A stretch of DNA of 63,709 nucleotides, counting the filler, from Collodictyon triciliatum (taxonomy: Eukaryota): assembly GCA_043381765.1 (NCBI GenBank). It is 13 parts of 13 records of this genome, joined end to end, with 100 filler letters (N's around TTAATTAATTAA, not from the genome) between each part and the next. Parts side by side here need not be neighbours in the genome. Positions count along the whole stretch, not along the records: positions 55,358 to 58,683 come from JBHJMP010005641.1; positions 58,784 to 63,709 come from JBHJMP010005643.1; 11 more parts are not named here. One strand, given 5' to 3'. The notes under the pieces were generated by a model. It was not told where the DNA came from and ran no database searches. It saw only the letters and a program-made list of their open reading frames with translations. This document shows positions 56,516 through 63,709 of this stretch, piece after piece (position 1 is the stretch's first letter; each line of letters starts with the position of its first letter). Both the position numbers and the translations under genes were made by a program.

Positions 56516-58247
56516 TCAGCGAAAGTTGACACCGCCCAGCAGCGAAGAAGACTCATCACATTTGGCCGACTTGGACTCAGGCGAGGCAAAGACCTGCCAC
56601 ATGCGAAGGGACTCATCAGCAGCAGCAGAGGCAACCGTTGTGCCGTCAGGGCTCAAGGCCATGTGCAAGACACGCGAGGTGTGGCCGGTCAGTTCAGCGA
56701 CTTTTGTCATGGTGGGGTACTTCCAGACAGTAAGCTGGTTCTGGGAGAATCCGTGGGAAGAGACGATTTCGCGGTACTCTTTGCTCCACTGGAGGGCACA
56801 GACCTGGAGACGGAGCGCGAGTTAGGAAACAGTCATTCCCCATTATCACTTGCTTTGGTTAAGCAGAGGAACGGAGGGCGAATGTGAAGAGGAAATTGGA
56901 GCAACAAACAAGGATGAGAAAGAGAGAGAGAGAGTGATTGAATGAAAGAAGGCTGCCCACCTGGGACTTTGTGTCGATGCTGTTGATGCAGGTGCCGTTG
57001 GAGGTGTTCCAGAAGCGGATGGTGCGGTCGGCAGTGCCTCCACCGGAGGCGAGGAGGTTCTTCTGCCTGCAGAGCGGGAGGCAAGGTGATGAGTGGACCG
57101 ACCGAGGGCGGGATTGGGCAGACAGAAAGGTAGAGTGGACCGACCGAGGGCAGGATTGGACAGACAGACAGACAGACAGTGATAGATGAATAGAGAGAGG
57201 GAGAGAGGGGAATGAGGCCGGGACGCACCAGGGGCACCACGCGAGAGCCTTGACGGCAGCCTGGTGGTCGGTGAGGGAGAAGGCGGGGGCGTCGCAGCGG
57301 CCGTGTGTCCAGACGTTGAGGAGGTTGTCGTTGCCGCCGGAGGCCAGCTGCAGGCCGTCGGGGGACCACTTGAGCCCGCAGACCTCCTGGGTGTGGCTGC
57401 GCATGGTGGCGGTGAGGTGGGCGGCGACGCGGACGTCGTGGTTGTGGATGAGGGTGTCGCGGCCGGCGCTGGTGAGGACGGGCCCGTTCCAGGCGAGGGC
57501 GCCGACGCGGGCGGTGTGGCCGGCCATGGTGCGGACCAGCTTGCCGCGCTCGACGTCGTAGATCTGGACGTGCGCGTCGCTGGTGCCCACGGCAAGGTAC
57601 GGCCCGTCGGCCACCCACGCGACGGAGGCCACGTGGCTGTCTGCGCCCGGCACGCTCATCAGCGGCGTGACGTCGCCCGTCCCGGCGTTCCACACGTAGA
57701 CGGCTGCGCCCAGCGCCACGGCCAGCAGGTTGTCCTTGCTCCAGTCCAGCAGGTTCAGGTAGTAGTCGTCCACAAGGTCCGGCGCGTCCAGCACGCGGAT
57801 CGGCGCAGACGGGATCACCCGCGTCGTGCGCCGTCCGCTGCCCACCGCTCCGGCCGATTGCGCGAACAGCACGCGCTGCTCGTTCTGGAACCCGGCCCGG
57901 GCGCTCGGGGCGCCGCCCTTGAAGCGCAGGATCTTGCTGCTGGCCTCGGCGTCGCCGCTGCTTGGCGTGGGGGCTGCCGGCGCCTCGAACATGGCGCCCA
58001 GCAGTGCGCTCTTGTACGCCTCTTTGCTGGGGCTCAGCAGGTGCTTGTTCGGCGGCGTGTTCTCGCGGCTCAGCAGCTGGTGCTGCGCGTGGTCAACGGC
58101 CTTGTGGCTGCGCTGAGCGACAAAACGGTCGCTGCTGTTGCTGCTGCTGGTGCTGTGGATGGTCTTGTTGCTGCGCGGGCGGCGCAACGGTGCGGTTTGG
58201 ATGTCGCCCGTGAAGGCGTGGTCGATGTCTTCGGCGAAGAAGGACAT
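56516..58247 (-). CDS. CDC20: APC/C co-activator CDC20/Fizzy, 3 exons
   Basis: Exons 58247-57229, 57066-56961 and 56803-56516. C-box-like DRFVAQR, Mad2-binding [86 protein letters not shown]; ends VNFR*. Confidence 0.96.
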
Positions 58248-58400
58248 TGTGCGTGGTTTGTGTGCGGGGATGATGGTCGTTGCTTTTTTCGAGCGAGTTT
58301 TCAAGGTCGTGTAGTTGGGTAGGATTCGTGGTGGAACATTGAAAAATAGCGTAGCAGCCTGAAGCAATGCTTCGACATAAGCGATTGCCCTTATACCGCG

Positions 58401-58435
58401 CGGTTGGTGCAGGTTTCTGCCCGTTGGTGTTTGAA
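58401..58435. promoter_or_regulatory. Candidate MYB/MSA sites plus an adjacent CHR-like TTTGAA upstream of CDC20
   Basis: On the minus strand, CCAACGG (58427-58421) and CCAACCG (58407-58401); TTTGAA at 58430-58435. These lie ~155-190 bp upstream of the ATG. The motifs are short and could arise by chance. Confidence 0.35.
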
Positions 58436-58596
58436 TTTTTGAGTTGAGTATGGGTTATACAATTGTGGAATAAACCGAATCTTCCGGCTGGAGAGGGAGG
58501 AAATTGGAGGCGCTGCTGCCTGCTCCTGTTTTTTTGGGTGATTTGTTCTCCGCGCTATGCTCATCCCAGTGGAACCAATGATGGTTGCATGTATGT

Positions 58597-58683
<87 letters not shown>

Positions 58684-58783
58684 NNNNNNNNNNNNNNNNN
58701 NNNNNNNNNNNNNNNNNNNNNNNNNNNTTAATTAATTAANNNNNNNNNNNNNNNNNNNNNNNNNNNNNNNNNNNNNNNNNNNN

Positions 58784-61700
58784 CAAAAAAACGTCAACGA
58801 AGTATGTGCTTGCGCAAAACAAAGTGCCAGTTGCAAAGCAAAAAAATATAATTTCTGGTTGTAGTTGACTTACAGTTACCGTATTCGGGCGTAGTGGAGA
58901 GCCTTCGAGGGTTGTGTGTGAGAAGCAGACTTCGTCGTAATCCGGCATAGTGGAGAGCCCTTGTGTGTCTTGTGTGTGTGAAGCAGACTTCGTCACATCC
59001 CGGCGTAGTGGAGAGCCTTCGAGGGTTGTGTGTGAGAAGCAGACTTCGTCGTAATCACGGCATAGTGGAGAGTCTTCGAGGGCGTGTCTTGTGTGTGTAA
59101 AGCAGACTTCGTCACATCCCAGCATAGTGGAGAGCCTCTGTGTGTCTTGTGTGTGTGAAGCAGACTGCGTCGTAATCACGGCATAGTGGAGAGTCTTCGA
59201 GGGTTGTGTCTTGTGTGTGAAGCAGACTTCGTCACATCCCGGCATAATTGAGAGCCTTCGGGATTGTGTCTTGTGTGTGAAGCAGACTTCGTCACATCCG
59301 GCATAGTGGAGAGCCTTCGAGGGTTGTGTGTGAGAAGCAGACTGCGTCGTATTCCGGCGTAGTGGAGAGCCTTCGAGGGTTGTGTCTGTGTGCCTTGTGA
59401 AGCAGACTGCGTCGTAATCTGGCATAGTGGAGAGCCTTCGAGGGCCTTTGCGTGTGTGAAGCAGATTTCGTTGTATTCCCGGCTTTGTTGGGCTTGTTAA
59501 ATTTTTCTTTATATAGGGCCGATGAGTGATTTAGCCATCTTCGCACCCATATGTTTTTTTTCTTTTTTTTTGCTTTCTTGCTTTTCTTTTTTTTTTCTTT
59601 TTTTTTCTTTTTTTTTTTCTTGGTAGTTGTGTAACTTGTGAGGCATGCGAGGCTTGCATGTGAGGCTTGCTTGTGAAGTTTGCGTGTGGGGTGGACATCT
59701 TGGTAATTTGATGCCATTTGGTATAATGCGATGCTTTTTTTTGTTTCCTCAAATTTTTGCGGGTCTAATTGTTCCTAGTATGGCTAGGAGTCGCGGGCAT
59801 GTCATCATGGGTACTTTAGGGTCTTGTGAGTCTTTGTGGGACTTCAGAGTCTAGTATGTGCCTCTGGGGGTTGTGAGTCTTGCGACACCTGTGGTGCCTG
59901 GGTTTCTCGTGGGAATTGTGCTATGTATCGACCTCGTGCTTCTATTTAAGTCGATTACTTTTTTTTTTTGAGGTCTTACGGGGTTGCTAGGAGGACTTCA
60001 TCGTATTCCAGCATAGTTTGATGTCTTTCTGCGTTTTGTGTGTGAAGCACATTTCGCCACATTCCAGTATAGTGTAGTATTCTTAGGTTCTTAGTGTGTG
60101 AAGCAGACATCGTCGTATTCGGGCATAGCGCAGAGCCTCTGCAGTCTTTGTGTGAGGCAGACTCCGTCGTTTGATAAACAGGTAATTGGGCTTCAAATGT
60201 TCCCATAGCCGGACACAGACCGTCCTATTTTTGACAGGAGAAATTCAATTTTTCTCCTTTATGGCAAAAATGCTTCCGTATAAATTAAAACCAAAACATC
60301 TAAATATGTGCTTGCACAAAACAAAGTGCTTGTTGCGAAGCTATAAATAGAATTTTTGATTTCACGAGACTTACAGTTTTCGTATCCGGGCATAACGCAC
60401 AACCTTTGCGGGTTGTGTGTGAAGCAGACTTCGTCACATTCCGGCATAGTGGTACCTTTGCGGGTCTTGTGTGAAGCAGACTTCGTCATATTCGGGGATA
60501 GCGCAGAGTCTTTGCGGATTGTGTGTGAAACGCTCCGTCGTATTCGGACATAGTGCAGAGCCTTTGCGGGTCTTGCGTGTGTGAAGCAGACTCCGTCGTT
60601 TGATAAACAGGGAATTGGGCTTCGAATGTTCCACATAACCGCACACAGATTGGACTATTTTCACAAGAGAAATTCAATTTTTCTCCTTTATGCATGTGTA
60701 AAATTCTTCCGTATGCATTATAAAAAAAATCTACTAAGCGTGTGCTAGCACAAAACAAAGTACTCGAATCAAAGCGAAGCGAAAAATAAAATTTCTGGTT
60801 GCAGAAAATCTTACGGTTTTCGTATTCTGGCATAGTGCAGAGCCTTTGCGGTTGTTGTGTGTGAAACGCTCCGTCGTATTCGGACACAGTGCAGAGCCTT
60901 TGCGGATTGTGTGGAGCAGACTCCGTCGTTTGATAAGCAGGGATTCGGGCCTCGAATGTTCCACATAGCCGGACACAATTTGCACTATTTTTAACAAGAG
61001 AAATTCAATTTTTCTCCTTTAAGGTAAAATTTCTTCCGTATAAATTATGACAAAAACATGTAAGTGTGTGCTTGCACTAAACAAAGTGCTTGTTGCGAAG
61101 CTAAAAATAGAATTTTTGGATTCGCGAGACTTACGGTTTTCGTATTCTGGCGTATATCGCAGAGCCTTTGCAGTTCTTTGTGTGTGTGAAACGCTCCGTT
61201 GCTCAATAATCAGGGAATAGGGCTTCGAATGTCCCCATAGCCGGATATAATTTGCACTATTTTGACAAAAAAAAATTCAATTTTTATGCTCTGTGCATAA
61301 ATAAACCTTTATGAATTATAATAAAAAAAAACATCGACTAAGCGTGTGCTGGCAAAAAACAAAACTCTTGAAGTGAGAGATGAGAAATATTATCTGATTG
61401 CACGAGACTTACGGTTTTCGTATTCCGGCATAGTGCAGAGCCTTGCGGTTCTTGGTGTGTGTATGACGCAGACTTACAGTTTTCGTNNNNNNNNNNNNNN
61501 NNNNNNNNNNNNNNNNNNNNNNNNNNNNNNNNNNNNNNNNNNNNNNNNNNNNNNNNNNNNNNNNNNNNNNNNNNNNNNNNNNNNNNNNNNNNNNNNNNNN
61601 NNNNNNNNNNNNNNNNNNNNNNNNNNNNNNNNNNNNNNNNNNNNNNNNNNNNNNNNNNNNNNNNNNNNNNNNNNNNNNNNNNNNNNNNNNNNNNNNNNNN

Positions 61701-63709
61701 NNNNNNNNNNNNNNNNNNNNNNNNNNNNNNNNNNNNNNNNNNNNNNNNNNNNNNNNNNNNNNNNNNNNNNNNNNNNNNNNNNNNNNNNNNNNNNNNNNNN
61801 NNNNNNNNNNNNNNNNNNNNNNNNNNNNNNNNNNNNNNNNNNNNNNNNNNNNNNNNNNNNNNNNNNNNNNNNNNNNNNNNNNNNNNNNNNNNNNNNNNNN
61901 NNNNNNNNNNNNNNNNNNNNNNNNNNNNNNNNNAGGGAATTGGGCTCCGAATGTTCCACATAACCGGACAGAATCTGCTCTATTTTCGGCAGGAGAAATT
62001 CGATTATTCTCCTTTATGGCAAAAATCCTTCCGTACAAATTAAAACCAAAACATCTAAATATGTGCTTGCACAAATCAAAGTGCTTGTTGCGAAGCTATA
62101 AATAGAATTTTTGATTTCACAAGACTTACAGTTTTCGTATCCGGGCATAACGCACAACCTTTGCGGGTCTTGTATGTGAAGCAGACTTCGTCACATTCCG
62201 GCATAGTGGAGCCTTTGCGGGTCTTGTGTGAAGCAGACTTCGTCATATTCCGGCATAGTGGAGCCTTTACGGGTCTTGTGTGAAGCAGACTTCGTCACAT
62301 TCCGGCATAGTGGAGCCTTTACGGGTCTTGTGTGAAGCAGACTTCGTCATATTCCGGCATGGTGCAGAGCCTTTGTGGTTCTTGCGTGTGAAACGCTCCG
62401 TCGTATTCGGACATAGTGGAGAGCTTTTGCGGTCTTTGTGTGAAGCAGACTTCGTCATATTCCGGCACAGTGCAGAGCCTTTGCAGTTCTCAAAGTGTGT
62501 GAAACGCTCCGTTGCTCGATAAACAGGGAATTGGGCTTCGAATGTTCCCATAGCCAGACACAATTTGCACTATTTTCACAGGAGAAATTCAATTTTTCTC
62601 CTTCATGCATGTATAAATTCTTCCGTATGAATTATAACAAAAACGTGGACTAAGTGATTGAAGTACAAAACATAGTTTTCAAAGTGAGGAGAGTAGAATA
62701 TCCGGTTGCACAAGACTTACGGTTTTCGTATTCTGGCATAGTGCAAAGCCTTTGCGGTTCTTGTGTGTATGATGCAGACATCGTCGTTCGATAATCAGGG
62801 TATTGGGCTTCGAATGTTCCACATAACCGCACACAGACTGTCCTATTTTCACAAGAGAAATTCAATTTTTCTCCGCTATGCATGCATAAAATTCTTCCGT
62901 ATGAATTATAACAAAAACATCGGCTAAGTGTGTGCTTGCACAAAACAAAGTGCTCGAAACGAAGTGAGAGATGAACATAATTTCTGGTAACACGAGACTT
63001 ACGATTTTCGGATTCCGGCACAGTGCAGAGCCTTTGAGGGTTGTGCGTGTGAAGCAGACTTCGTCATATTCCGGCATAGTGCAGAGCCTTTGCAGTTCTC
63101 AGCGCGTGTGAAACGCTCCGCTGCTCGATAAACAGGGAGTCGGGCTTCGAATGTTCCCATAGCCGGACACAGATTGCTCTATTTTTGGCAGGAGAAATTC
63201 AATTTTTCTCCTTTAAGCATGTATAAATTCTTCCGTATGAATGAAAACCAAAACATCTACTAAGTATGTGCTTGCACAAGTCAAAGTGCTCGATGCGAAG
63301 CTAAAAATAGAATTTCTGGTTGAACGAGACTTACAGTTTTCGTATTCCGGCACAATACAGAATCTTGCTTGTCTTTGTGTGTGAAGCAGACTTGCTCGTA
63401 TTCCGGCATAGTGGAGAGCCTTGGAGGGTTGTGTGTGAGAAGCAGACTGCGTCGTATTCCAGCATGGTGGAGGGCCTTGGAGGGTTGTGTGTGAAGCAGA
63501 CTGCGTCGTATTCGGACATAGTGGAGAGCCTTTGCAATCTTTGCGTGTGTGAGACAGACTCCGTCGTTTGATAAACAGGGAATTGACTTCGAATGTTCCA
63601 CATAGCCGGACACAATTTGCACTATTTTTAACAAGAGAAATTCAATTTTTCTCCTTTAAGGTAAAATTTCTTCCGTATAAATTATGACAAAAACATGTAA
63701 GTGTGTGCT
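58784..63709. repeat. Composite satellite: variable numbers of ~51-60 bp subunits alternating with a conserved head and a 150-160 bp AT-rich block
   Basis: Subunit consensus GTGTGAAGCAGACTTCGTCGTATTCCGGCATAGTGGAGAGCCTT. Higher-order units are ~270-590 bp. A non-repeat interruption lies at ~59480-59980 and an N gap at 61487-61933. Confidence 0.95.

Noticed and set aside
56833-58322. Long alternative-frame and antisense ORFs over CDC20
   Set aside because: Expected from very high GC and biased third positions.
58736-63634. Protein-coding ORFs in the satellite (MPEYDEVCFTH...)
   Set aside because: The subunit is stop-poor so ORFs arise passively. Frames rotate between subunits, and the 62569-62130 segment has stops in all three frames.
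58784-63709. CRISPR array or tRNA/5S array
   Set aside because: The inter-repeat segments are homologous to each other rather than unique spacers, there are no cas genes, and the context is eukaryotic. GGCTTCGAATG is only a partial B-box and I could not fold a cloverleaf.

Overview
This is not one locus. The window is 13 short eukaryotic contigs (mostly ~4.9 kb, in roughly decreasing length) joined by an artificial 100-bp spacer (N44-TTAATTAATTAA-N44), so adjacency across spacers means nothing. The DNA is AT-rich and intron-dense (GT-AG introns, mostly ~50-250 nt), uses the standard genetic code, and most contigs end in microsatellites. It looks like a centriole/flagellum-bearing protist with mitochondria, but I cannot name the taxon. 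Genes recognised by manual splicing: two paralogous WD40 + Cys-rich-repeat surface proteins, a Piezo N-terminal fragment, a lipocalin-like protein, an ankyrin-repeat protein, CEP70, mitochondrial Lon, a MARCH RING-CH ligase, a Gpt2/Sct1-type GPAT, an LRR-kinase pseudogene next to a LINE RT fragment, a STAND NTPase-TPR (NLR-like) gene, a secreted double FG-GAP propeller, VAP and CDC20. The three most unusual signals are: (1) a ~24-bp insertion (TTTGAATCGAATAAAGG-An) found four times on three contigs, each flanked by its own 11-21 bp target-site duplication; (2) a probably secreted 21-repeat WD40 protein family whose first 7 repeats are near-identical except at the predicted ligand-binding positions, carried on a long Cys-rich stalk; (3) a composite satellite whose AT-rich blocks are bounded by conserved GTAAG...AATAG intron-like borders on the minus strand. 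All family assignments come from motif recognition, not database searches.
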